DNA of 15,225 bases from a virus. Numbering within the stretch: the stretch's first letter is position 1; each line of letters begins with the position of its first letter. A program made the translations under genes and the position numbers. The notes under the pieces are model-generated. The model did not search any database. It had not been told where the DNA came from and was given only the letters and a program-made list of their open reading frames with translations. The stretch is taken from the UHGV virus genome UHGV-0070361. The stretch is one strand, 5' to 3'. Shown in pieces: positions 1 through 7,456 of this stretch.

Positions 1-49
1 AGATTGTCTTTAAAGGAGTGTACTACAGCACAAAAATTGCACCACTCCC

Positions 50-634
50 TTACGCACTAGCCTTTTTCTGGGTTACATTTAAATGATTAACCTTAGCTTC
101 ACATTCTTCATAAATCTCTCTTACAGTATCATCGGGTAACTCTTGTAGACTCAATGCTAGTGCTCTTTTGACTCCGCTCAATGAGTGCAGTTTTTGAATA
201 TCTGTATCAAGCAAAACAGTTAGTAGTTCGGCCCCTTTTCTGATCAATAAGTTGGACAAAATCTCTTGTTCAGATGAAGTTAGCGAGTCCCACGCCCTCA
301 TGATGATGGAATCACTATCATCAATTCTTTGTTTTTTTGTTCTTTTTGTTTGTTCAATTGGTTCTTTTTTCATGCTTGGCTCATCACCATAACCATGGAC
401 TAGCCACTCCATAGATACATGTTCTCTTTCTGCAATGTTCTGGAGATGGTGCTTTCTTGGTTGTGGTGGCGGCTGATTGTTTCTCCTTTTGTAGTAGTTC
501 TGCAATGTCTGAACGTTTATCCCCCATGCTCTAGCCGCCTCACTTCTCGATTTGTAACGCTCTGCAAGACGAAAAATCCGTTCGATCACTGGTTCTTTTC
601 CTTCGTCGAGAAAAGAACTGTTTTTCATGTTCAT
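50..634 (-). CDS. Lysogeny repressor, XRE/cI-type N-terminal HTH (functional analogue of Mu c); start chosen at internal ATG 632-634, the longer ORF extends to 763
   Basis: Divergent from ner across an AT-rich operator region. N-terminal part (SEAARAWGINVQTLQNYY ... IAEREHVSMEWLVHGYG) fits the five-helix XRE/cI HTH pattern. AAGGA lies about 10 nt upstream of the chosen ATG on the minus strand. The first 43 codons of the long ORF are read from AT-rich operator DNA and are probably not coding. Stop TAA at 52..50. Confidence 0.6.
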   Translation of the reverse strand: MNMKNSSFLDEGKEPVIERIFRLAERYKSRSEAARAWGINVQTLQNYYKRRNNQPPPQPRKHHLQNIAEREHVSMEWLVHGYGDEPSMKKEPIEQTKRTKKQRIDDSDSIIMRAWDSLTSSEQEILSNLLIRKGAELLTVLLDTDIQKLHSLSGVKRALALSLQELPDDTVREIYEECEAKVNHLNVTQKKASA

Positions 635-801
635 GCTCTCAGGTTCCTTTGTATTTATCTTATTGATATTAATAACAAAAACACCACAAAGAATAAAAAG
701 AACAAAATACCTTGATTTGGTTCTTTTGTTTGTTCTATTATTTACCCGTACAGATATCCGCACGAATATCCGCGCGGGTAACTTTTTAGAATAGAGGAAG
801 T
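635..801. promoter_or_regulatory. Divergent early control region between repressor and ner (operators plus early promoter); candidate rightward promoter TTGATT (712-717) - 18 nt - TATTAT (736-741)
   Basis: AT-rich 167-bp intergenic region between divergent genes. Near-consensus sigma70 hexamers positioned to start transcription about 50 nt upstream of ner. Contains the direct repeat ATATCCGC-acga-ATATCCGC (754-773) and a GTTCTTTTGTTTGTTC element (720-735) within the promoter spacer. Confidence 0.45.
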
Positions 802-1050
802 ATGAGTAGAAGAGAAGTTTCAGATCACGATTGGCCGCCTGAAATCATCAAGGCGCGCTTACACATGGCTGGCTTATCACTGCGCTCTTTATCTTTAAAG
901 GCTGGTTACAGCAGGGATTCGCTGAAAAGCGTATTACGTACTCCTTGCCGACCGTATCAGCAAATAATTGCTGATGCTCTTGGGGTATCGCCTGAAGAAA
1001 TCTGGCCCAGTAGATACCAGGTTAAGAGCTATATGAGAAAGGCGTCATGA
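802..1050 (+). CDS. ner: Ner-like DNA-binding protein (Ner/Nlp family, Cro analogue of Mu-like phages)
   Basis: 82 aa. The segment LSLRSLSLKAGYSRDSLKSVL ... QQIIADALGVSPEEIWPSRYQ matches the conserved Ner/Nlp pattern as I recall it (QIIA.AL...PE.IWPSRY). It is the first gene of the rightward operon, immediately upstream of the transposase. GAGG lies 4 nt before the ATG. Confidence 0.8.
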   Translation: MSRREVSDHDWPPEIIKARLHMAGLSLRSLSLKAGYSRDSLKSVLRTPCRPYQQIIADALGVSPEEIWPSRYQVKSYMRKAS

Positions 1051-1051
1051 T

Positions 1052-3142
1052 ATGTATGTCATTGCAAAAGAACTGATTGGCGCGCCCGGAATGCCTGCTA
1101 CAACAAAAGGTATTCGCCAGGCATTACAACGTTACGTACAAGGGAAAAGCTGTTGTTCCCGTCGTCGCTCAGGCTCTAAAGCAACTGAATACAGCATCGA
1201 CTGTTTACCTGAAGTGACGCAGCAGGCATTACGTGAACGTTATGCCCTGCAACTGATGACGCAAAAAGCCGATGAATCACCGGCTCCGGTGGTGACAAAG
1301 GCCAGACGCTCATCTGACGTGGTTGATGCGGTGGAGGCATATCGCGGATCACCACAACTGATGGTCGAACGCCTCAATGCCCTGACTGAAAACCAGCGCC
1401 AGGTGGCTGATGCACGAATCGCGATCGTCAGCGAAGTTCTGAAAGTCGCGCAACAACCTGGTTTCAGCTGTGCGAAGGCTATCCGGTTTATCGTTGACAA
1501 CCTGGCACGTTCGCAACTGGACGAGCGCATTGTGGCAATGGTTGAGACGGCGAACGCCAAAAAGGGAAACAGCCGTGCGTTGAGTGAAATCACGCTGAAA
1601 CGCTGGATTGCAGCCTTTAACAAGGCGCAGAACGCCGCTGAACGCCTGCTTTTGCTGGCACCTGGTAAGCGCCAGGAAATAAAAGCCGAAGATATTAACT
1701 GGCTGCCCGAATTTCTGGCGCAGTATCGCCAGTCAAACGGCCGACCAATGACCGAGGCTTACGAGGATTTTGTCGCTGAATGGCAGCACCGGCACGCTGA
1801 TGAGCCTTATATGCTCGATATCATGCCGTCTTATGACACCATTCGCCGCGCAATGAAGAAACTGCCGGAAGTGGTGAAACAAAAAGGCCGGGTGACCGGC
1901 AGTGAATACCGCCAGCTTGAGGGATTCACGCGCCGCGACTGGTCCAGAATGCCGGTGAACTATGTCTGGATTGGTGACGGTCACGGCATGAAGCTGAAAT
2001 GCAGGCACCCGGTTCACGGGCGGCCATTTGCACCGGAAGTGACCTTTGTTATCGATGGCGGTACACGCTTTGTGGTGGGCTGGAGCCTTGACCTGGCTGA
2101 AAATGTTTTCGCCGTAGCCGGTGCTATACAGCACGGCATTCGCCATCACGGCAAACCGTTTCTGTATTACTCGGATAATGGCTCCGGGGAAACCGCCGAC
2201 ATCCTGGATAAGGAGATTGTGGGGATACTACCGCGACTGGGGATTAATCACCCGACCGGGATTGCCGGTAATCCGCAGGGACGGGGCATTATCGAACGGC
2301 TTAACCGCACATTACCGATGCGCATAGCCCGCAGATACCGCACCTATTTCGGGAAAGGTGCAGATCGCGAGACGTTACGCAAAACCAACCGCGATTTACG
2401 CTCGGCATTCACTGCCCTGCAACAGGGCAAGCGGCTGAACGCCCGGCAGCAGTCAGCGATGCGTGATTTACCGTCCTGGTCTGAACTGATTGATGCCATT
2501 CGTGATGGTGTTGAGTGGTACAACAACCGGCCGCACGATGAATTACCCATGAAGCCGAACGGGAAGCATTACAGCCCGGCGGAGTTCAGAAAAAAACGCC
2601 TGGCAGAAGAGGACACGGAAATTGAATGGCTGTCCGATGTTGAGCTGCGGGATATGTTCCGGCCGATGGTGAAACGCCCGGTAAGACGCTGCGAAATACG
2701 CTGGCTGAATAATATTTACTACGCGCCCGAGCTGCGTGATGAGCATGGTCGTAAGGTGCTTATCAGCTATGACATTCATGATGCCGAACGAATTACCGTG
2801 CGTCGCCTGGATGGCAGCGTGATTTGCGAGGCGGTATGGGACGGCAATAAACGCGAAGCCTTCCCGGTCAGCGCGGAATACTACAAACAGCAGCAGCGTC
2901 TTAAAGGCATGCGTAAACGCGCAGAGGAAAAAATTCGTGATGCCGAGGATGAGGTTATCAACGTGCTGGAGCACAAGCCGCAGGAGCCATGGCTGGAAAA
3001 CATATACCGCCCTATGGGTAATACGGTGGCCGTTCAGCAGCCAGCGATTGATGATGAACCTGACGAAGAATACGAGCGTAATTTCCAGCGGGGATTACAG
3101 CTGCTTGAAGCGAAATTAAAAGAAAATGACCCGCTGGCCTGA
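1052..3142 (+). CDS. A: Mu-type DDE transposase (MuA homologue)
   Basis: 696 aa. N-terminal Mu-type DNA-binding domain (MYVIAKELIGAPGMPATTKGIRQALQ ... EYSIDCLPEVTQQAL). Candidate catalytic D-D-E residues in VWIGDGHG, YYSDNGSGE and RGIIERLNRTL. Size and position (after ner, before B) match MuA. ATG is 1 nt after the ner stop. Confidence 0.9.
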   Translation: MYVIAKELIGAPGMPATTKGIRQALQRYVQGKSCCSRRRSGSKATEYSIDCLPEVTQQALRERYALQLMTQKADESPAPVVTKARRSSDVVDAVEAYRGSPQLMVERLNALTENQRQVADARIAIVSEVLKVAQQPGFSCAKAIRFIVDNLARSQLDERIVAMVETANAKKGNSRALSEITLKRWIAAFNKAQNAAERLLLLAPGKRQEIKAEDINWLPEFLAQYRQSNGRPMTEAYEDFVAEWQHRHADEPYMLDIMPSYDTIRRAMKKLPEVVKQKGRVTGSEYRQLEGFTRRDWSRMPVNYVWIGDGHGMKLKCRHPVHGRPFAPEVTFVIDGGTRFVVGWSLDLAENVFAVAGAIQHGIRHHGKPFLYYSDNGSGETADILDKEIVGILPRLGINHPTGIAGNPQGRGIIERLNRTLPMRIARRYRTYFGKGADRETLRKTNRDLRSAFTALQQGKRLNARQQSAMRDLPSWSELIDAIRDGVEWYNNRPHDELPMKPNGKHYSPAEFRKKRLAEEDTEIEWLSDVELRDMFRPMVKRPVRRCEIRWLNNIYYAPELRDEHGRKVLISYDIHDAERITVRRLDGSVICEAVWDGNKREAFPVSAEYYKQQQRLKGMRKRAEEKIRDAEDEVINVLEHKPQEPWLENIYRPMGNTVAVQQPAIDDEPDEEYERNFQRGLQLLEAKLKENDPLA

Positions 3143-3149
3143 AATAAAA

Positions 3150-3179
3150 AAATAACCCGAGGGGTAACTCAGGTTATTT
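3150..3179 (+). other. Stem-loop in the A-B intergenic region (AAATAACC ... GGTTATTT with inner GAG/CTC), possible attenuator or RNA processing site
   Basis: 8-bp inverted repeat with inner 3-bp extension starting 8 nt after the A stop codon. Followed by GGGTTT rather than a clean U-tract, so not a canonical intrinsic terminator. Confidence 0.2.
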
Positions 3180-3223
3180 GGGTTTCAGTCTCGGAGAATG
3201 CTGTCTCAAGCGAGGTAAATAAT

Positions 3224-4156
3224 ATGACTGATATTAACGATGTAATCAAGACCATAGATGAACTTATTGATGGCGGCGTACTGACGCAGTATGCCATCGC
3301 CAGGGAGGCGGGAATTTCCGACGGCACATTATCGGCTTTCCGCAAAGGGAAATATAAAGGAGACAATGATGCTATAACGGCGGCCATGCTTTCCTGGTAT
3401 GAAAACTGGAATAAACAAAGCGCACTGTCCGAGCTGCCACAGTTTGTGGAAACGCAGACAGTCCAGGAGCTGCGCGCACTGTTTCAGGCGGTTCGCCTGA
3501 TGGGCTGTATTAACGTCATAGTGGGCGTGCCGGGTGTGGGTAAAACGGCCACCGCCCGTAATTACTGCCAGGAGCAACCGAACACCTGGATGATCACCCT
3601 GTCACCCGCGCACTCCAGCGTCACGGAGTGTCTGCTGGAGCTGGCAGAGGAACTGGGGATTGATTACACCCGCGCGAACAAAGGGGCATTATCCCGCGCC
3701 ATCCGCCGTCGCCTGATGGGAAAGCGCGGACTGGTGATTGTTGATGAGGCTGATCATCTTGGTATTGACGGTCTGGAGCAACTCCGGGCAATCCAGGACG
3801 CCACAGGGGTCGGGATGGTGCTTATTGGTAACCCAAAGGGGCTGTTTAAAGGCGGACGCCGCGCCGTTGATGATTTATCTCGCCTGTTCAGCCGTCTTGC
3901 CCGTACAAAACAACTACGCAAGGCCAAAAAAGCGGATGTGCTGGCTATTGCCAGGGCATGGGGGATTAGTGGTGAGGCCGAGCTGGCTGTCATGCAGGCT
4001 ATCGCTGAAAAACCGGGGGCATTACGCGTTCTGACGCATACGCTTAACCAGGCGTGGATCACCGCCAGCGGTGAAGGTGCGGCACTGACAGAAAAACATA
4101 TTAATGCGGCCTTTAAAGAGGTTTATGCCAACCCTGAATTACTCTCACAGGTGTGA
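3224..4156 (+). CDS. B: Mu B-like AAA+ ATPase, transposition target DNA activator
   Basis: 310 aa (MuB is about 312 aa). Walker A GVPGVGKT and Walker B LVIVDEADHL. N-terminal HTH-like region. Immediately downstream of the transposase. GAGG lies 7 nt upstream of the ATG. Confidence 0.85.
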   Translation: MTDINDVIKTIDELIDGGVLTQYAIAREAGISDGTLSAFRKGKYKGDNDAITAAMLSWYENWNKQSALSELPQFVETQTVQELRALFQAVRLMGCINVIVGVPGVGKTATARNYCQEQPNTWMITLSPAHSSVTECLLELAEELGIDYTRANKGALSRAIRRRLMGKRGLVIVDEADHLGIDGLEQLRAIQDATGVGMVLIGNPKGLFKGGRRAVDDLSRLFSRLARTKQLRKAKKADVLAIARAWGISGEAELAVMQAIAEKPGALRVLTHTLNQAWITASGEGAALTEKHINAAFKEVYANPELLSQV

Positions 4157-4380
4157 TTATGATTGCATTTAATATTCCTGATATTTACGGACGCTTTCAC
4201 CTGGTGAATTTCGATAACGTCAAAGCAGTCTCCGTGTCTGACAGTGAAGAATGTGGCGATTTACTTTTTGAATTTAATGATCGCACCAGAATGGCAATAT
4301 CGGCAGGACTTGATCGTGAAGGTGCGAAAGAAGCTTACAGCAATATTTGTCGTTTTATCGGTGCAAAACGAATCAGCTAA
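4153..4380 (+). CDS. Hypothetical small protein, first gene after B (position of Mu kil); 75 aa
   Basis: ORF starts at GTG 4153 overlapping the B stop (GTGA), or at ATG 4159. Visibly more AT-rich than A and B. Same position and size as kil in Mu, but no sequence-level recognition is claimed. Confidence 0.45.
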   Translation: MIMIAFNIPDIYGRFHLVNFDNVKAVSVSDSEECGDLLFEFNDRTRMAISAGLDREGAKEAYSNICRFIGAKRIS

Positions 4381-4392
4381 ACGAGGTGTTAT

Positions 4393-5025
4393 ATGAATAC
4401 GCAGATACAGCAGGAAATCAATGTTCTCCACAGCTTTCGAGAGTTTAACGACAATGGCTGTGAGGTTCGTGATTATATCTATGAATTGATGATCGGTGAT
4501 GGTGTGTGTTTTCTGTATATAGACCTGTATCAGTGGTATGCAGACATGCAACTTGATTCCATCAGACGCCGTTTTAATCATGAATGCTTTGATGTGGATG
4601 TATGGGAAAGCCTGCGCTTTGGTTTTCTGATTATGGATGATTATCGCCAGGGGTGGCGACACGGTTACTCCATTCTTCGTGCAATCATGCGTGGCGAAAC
4701 CCGAAAAATTCCGGGGATGGGTAAAGTTAATCGAGGCTTCCTGTCAGAGCTGGCTGCATTGCGCATGAATCCATTACTGATACAACCGGAGTTCCCTATG
4801 AATTTGTTTGATTCACTGAATAACGCCCGCCGCCTGACTGAACTTGCTGGTGCGGTACTGGAGCGCAGCAAACGCTACCCGCAACGTTTTGCACTGAAAA
4901 CCACGCCGCCGGTAAACGAAGTTAAGGGAACCGGTGAAATTGAAATCACCGTTAAGACCAACGGCCTGCGCCGCCGTGTGAAGGCCACCCGTATAAGCGG
5001 ATGCACGGTTTACTGGGAAGTATGA
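4393..5025 (+). CDS. Hypothetical protein, 210 aa, semi-essential early region
   Basis: ATG 4393 with GAGG 6 nt upstream, 12 nt after the previous stop, co-oriented with the early operon. No recognisable motif. Confidence 0.5.
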   Translation: MNTQIQQEINVLHSFREFNDNGCEVRDYIYELMIGDGVCFLYIDLYQWYADMQLDSIRRRFNHECFDVDVWESLRFGFLIMDDYRQGWRHGYSILRAIMRGETRKIPGMGKVNRGFLSELAALRMNPLLIQPEFPMNLFDSLNNARRLTELAGAVLERSKRYPQRFALKTTPPVNEVKGTGEIEITVKTNGLRRRVKATRISGCTVYWEV

Positions 5026-5099
5026 AGTTGCTTCATGGTTCGGCTCTGTCATCAGGTCAGACGCCGGGTCAGTTATCCGAACAAAACGAGGACCAGAGG

Positions 5100-5372
5100 A
5101 TGAGTAAAGTCGTACGCATTATTTTCGAATACAAGGAGCACGTTATCCATAAAAACGCGGATGGAACAGTGCGCATGGGGGTAAGTCTGGACATACGTTC
5201 AACCGGGATAAAGCAGAAAGGTGATGGACCTGCCATGATTTTTGGGGTGGTTATGCTCGCGGAAAGCAGAGACTTTGCTGAACTTGTGGCAATGAAAGCC
5301 AGTGCGCTCATGAAAGATATGGACATGAGTTCCGGGGTTATTAAAGGTAATGAATTTAATCAGCAGGGGTAA
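5100..5372 (+). CDS. Hypothetical small protein, 90 aa, first of a diverged tandem pair (N-terminus MSKVVRIIFEY)
   Basis: Internal ATG 5100 of ORF 5001..5372, chosen because GAGG sits 8 nt upstream and the N-terminus matches the next gene. Confidence 0.45.
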   Translation: MSKVVRIIFEYKEHVIHKNADGTVRMGVSLDIRSTGIKQKGDGPAMIFGVVMLAESRDFAELVAMKASALMKDMDMSSGVIKGNEFNQQG

Positions 5373-5376
5373 TTCC

Positions 5377-5670
5377 ATGAGCAAAGTACGCGTTATTTTT
5401 GAATTTGACCACGTAATGCATGAAGTAAAGCCAGCCGGTAATGATAGTGAGGAAATCACGGAGGGGGTTACTGCCACGGTAAAAATCGAACGTGATACAG
5501 AGAACAGACCGGCAGGACCCTGTGATGTTTATGCACAAATTCTTAAATATCACAGCCCCACAATCATTCAGTTTCTGACAGATGAACTACAGGGTTCCAT
5601 GCAGGCCATGGGGGTAAGCAGCTCCGTTGAACGCCGTTCTGTTCAGAACGGACCAGATACATTGCAATAA
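5377..5670 (+). CDS. Hypothetical small protein, 97 aa, second of the tandem pair (N-terminus MSKVRVIFEF)
   Basis: Internal ATG 5377 of ORF 5350..5670, with AGGGG 6 nt upstream and 4 nt after the previous stop. Shares the N-terminal motif MSKV-R-IFE with the preceding gene, then diverges. Confidence 0.45.
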   Translation: MSKVRVIFEFDHVMHEVKPAGNDSEEITEGVTATVKIERDTENRPAGPCDVYAQILKYHSPTIIQFLTDELQGSMQAMGVSSSVERRSVQNGPDTLQ

Positions 5671-5681
5671 GGAAAAACAAA

Positions 5682-6212
5682 ATGGCAAAACGCGTTACAA
5701 AATTAAAGGCCGCAGCCGAGGCGGCACCGCAGACCCGTGAAGAGGTCAGCCGCGATATCCGACGCTTTGGGGATATGCAGCGTGAGGCACTACGCCTGGA
5801 AACGGCGATGAATGACGAAGTGGCAGAAATCACCGCCCGTTATACGCCGCAGATTGAAAACCTTAAAAAAGAAATCAAAGTGCTTTTTAAGGGGATTCAT
5901 GACTGGTGTAAAACCAACCGCAATGAGCTGACGAACGGCGGTGAAACCAAAACTGCCAATCTGACCACCGGAACGGTGTCATGGCGGCTGGGAAATCCAT
6001 CATGCAGCGTCAGTCGTGATGTGGAAGGTGTGATTGAAATGCTGCGTCGTATGGGGCTTGAGCGCTTCATCCGCACGAAAGAGGAAGTGAATAAGCAAGC
6101 TGTCCTGGCAGAGCCGGATGCGGTGAAAGGGATTGCGGGTATTAAGGTGAATAAAGGCGCTGAAAATTTTCATGTCGAGCCTTTTGAACAGGACGCCGGA
6201 CTGAATAAATAA
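5682..6212 (+). CDS. gam: Gam-like protein (Mu Gam family, DNA-end-binding host-nuclease inhibitor)
   Basis: 176 aa (Mu Gam about 174 aa). Collinear similarity to Mu Gam as I recall it: RLETAMNDEVAEITARY, ELTNGGETKTANLTTGTVSWR, LERFIRTKEEVNK, FHVEPFEQ. AAGGAAAAA RBS before the ATG. Confidence 0.85.
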   Translation: MAKRVTKLKAAAEAAPQTREEVSRDIRRFGDMQREALRLETAMNDEVAEITARYTPQIENLKKEIKVLFKGIHDWCKTNRNELTNGGETKTANLTTGTVSWRLGNPSCSVSRDVEGVIEMLRRMGLERFIRTKEEVNKQAVLAEPDAVKGIAGIKVNKGAENFHVEPFEQDAGLNK

Positions 6213-6226
6213 CACCGCATTAAATC

Positions 6227-6246
6227 TTTAAATATCACATCGTTTT
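6227..6246. repeat. 20-nt element TTTAAATATCACATCGTTTT, copy 1 of 2 (19/20 identical to 8892..8911)
   Basis: Direct comparison of the two positions; copy 1 lies in the intergenic region just after gam. Confidence 0.6.
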
Positions 6247-6253
6247 AATTATG

Positions 6254-6331
6254 GGGCGCGCGGCAGGGGGCTGGTCGCGCCTGCATGCAAATTTATCGCG
6301 CTCGCGTCAGGGGACTGCTCGCGCCTGAATG
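6254..6331. repeat. GC-rich imperfect tandem direct repeat (CAGGGGGCTGGTCGCGCCTGCATG at 6264-6287, CAGGGGACTGCTCGCGCCTGAATG at 6308-6331), 21/24 identical
   Basis: Read directly from the sequence. GC-rich island inside an otherwise AT-rich intergenic region immediately upstream of the AT-rich gene at 6341. The GGCGCG/CGCGCC segments can pair. Two mini-ORFs (25 and 15 codons) run through the repeats. Confidence 0.6.
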
Positions 6332-6340
6332 AGGCATGTC

Positions 6341-6919
6341 ATGAGTATTAAATATCGTTATTTTAAAATGAATGAGAGCGATTCCCGTCATTATCACAGG
6401 GAATGGCTTGATTGTGTTGGCAGGGAGCGCCAGAAATTGATTGATGATTTTCTCAGTAATCAGAATGCCAGAGGGTATTGTTATTCCTGGTATTGTGGGG
6501 ATTTTTTTGTCAAATCAATACTGGTGCATGAGGATGTTGATGTCGGAAGAAATAAACGGGTGTTGTCTGATAAATTTGATGAAGATGGCCGTACTTTATT
6601 TTCAGTTAAGCCCGACCGCAGATTCAGAGAGGAAAAAAAACTGAACAAAGCACTGAATATCTTAAACGAGAAGTTAAAACAGCTTCCGTCATTCAGTACC
6701 TGGATGGTTAATAAACTGGACTGCTATTTTGAGGTTTTTGGTGTCAGCAACGGCCGCACAGTTATGGCGTGCTCTTCTGCCGGGTTCTATGGCGACAAAG
6801 GGGCTGTTGTGGTTCGTATTCCTGTCGGTGAATCAGATAATGCCTTTTCACCTGAAAAGCTGCATCCGTCATTGATGGCAATCAAGCATTCCGAATTCAT
6901 CGCAATAACGGAGGAATAA
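6341..6919 (+). CDS. Hypothetical protein, 192 aa, AT-rich, first gene of a six-gene coupled block
   Basis: Start at internal ATG 6341 (GAGG 6 nt upstream) rather than ATG 6329 (no RBS). Composition is markedly more AT-rich than flanking phage genes. No recognisable motif. Confidence 0.5.
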   Translation: MSIKYRYFKMNESDSRHYHREWLDCVGRERQKLIDDFLSNQNARGYCYSWYCGDFFVKSILVHEDVDVGRNKRVLSDKFDEDGRTLFSVKPDRRFREEKKLNKALNILNEKLKQLPSFSTWMVNKLDCYFEVFGVSNGRTVMACSSAGFYGDKGAVVVRIPVGESDNAFSPEKLHPSLMAIKHSEFIAITEE

Positions 6920-6922
6920 TTC

Positions 6923-7456
6923 ATGATTGATGCAAAAGTGCTTGAAGGGGTTAAAAGCTGGCTGCGTTTTTCTGGCCGTCTGACCAGTCGTTCTCTGGCA
7001 GAAAAAATGAATATGCCGCTATCCTCCATGGTTTATTTTCTGCGTGATGCGGTCGATGCCGGTGTGCTGACGGACCGTAACGGTTTTTATGATATTCCGC
7101 GTCCCCGCCCGGTGCAGCCGGTTCGTCGCAAATGCAGCCAGGAAGGTGCGGCTGATGATGTTCAGTGGTGCAGCTTCAGAAAATCCCTGCCGTGGATTGA
7201 GGGGCATGATATTCCGTCGATGGCGTGGGAATTTGCTCAGGGCGTTCTGACCTGTGAAACCGTTTATGTGGTGGCTGAAGTTGATGAGCAGGCCATGAAA
7301 GAAGGCGTGCCCCAGTTTGTGATGGCGTATATCGACATTCGCCTGGGCGTCATTATCTGCGGTTTAAGCGGCTGGAATATCACCGAACATGTTCTGCGTT
7401 ACCTGATTGTTGACCGGACGGCTGCGCCTGCCGCGATTTCTGCGGAGGTAGAGTAA
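6923..7456 (+). CDS. Hypothetical protein with N-terminal winged-helix-like DNA-binding motif, 177 aa
   Basis: GGAGG 8 nt upstream, 3 nt after the previous stop. N-terminal LTSRSLAEKMNMPLSSMVYFLRDAVDAGVL resembles a MarR/ArsR-type wHTH recognition helix region. Confidence 0.5.
   Translation: MIDAKVLEGVKSWLRFSGRLTSRSLAEKMNMPLSSMVYFLRDAVDAGVLTDRNGFYDIPRPRPVQPVRRKCSQEGAADDVQWCSFRKSLPWIEGHDIPSMAWEFAQGVLTCETVYVVAEVDEQAMKEGVPQFVMAYIDIRLGVIICGLSGWNITEHVLRYLIVDRTAAPAAISAEVE

Noticed and set aside
1-49. Possible attL / Mu end with MuA-binding repeats at the window start
   Set aside because: No TG-terminal sequence or MuA-site-like repeats are visible in these 49 nt; it is more likely the 3' flank of the repressor gene, with the true end upstream of the window.
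419-715. + strand ORF of 98 aa overlapping the repressor gene
   Set aside because: Antisense to the repressor and reads through the AT-rich operator; the product is low-complexity and hydrophobic; it conflicts with the divergent repressor/ner layout.
1240-2974. Minus-strand ORFs inside the transposase gene (1240..1623, 1733..2149, 2543..2974)
   Set aside because: Entirely antisense to a confidently identified 696-aa MuA homologue; no RBS context; typical shadow ORFs of GC-rich coding sequence.
3738-4062. ORFs 3738..4034 (+, out of frame) and 3754..4062 (-) inside B
   Set aside because: They overlap the Walker-motif-containing B reading frame, which is clearly the real gene; products are Arg/Ser/Ala-rich frame artefacts.
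4261-4662. Minus-strand 133-aa ORF in the AT-rich region after B
   Set aside because: Antisense across two + strand genes that have good RBSs and tight operon spacing; considered as a possible antisense cargo gene but has no supporting start context, so it is left as a low-probability alternative.
5541-5559. Third partial copy of the ATATCACA element (TCTTAAATATCACAG) inside gene 5377..5670
   Set aside because: Only about 11-13 nt shared with the 20-nt pair; matches of this length are expected by chance in 15 kb, so it is not counted as a third repeat copy.
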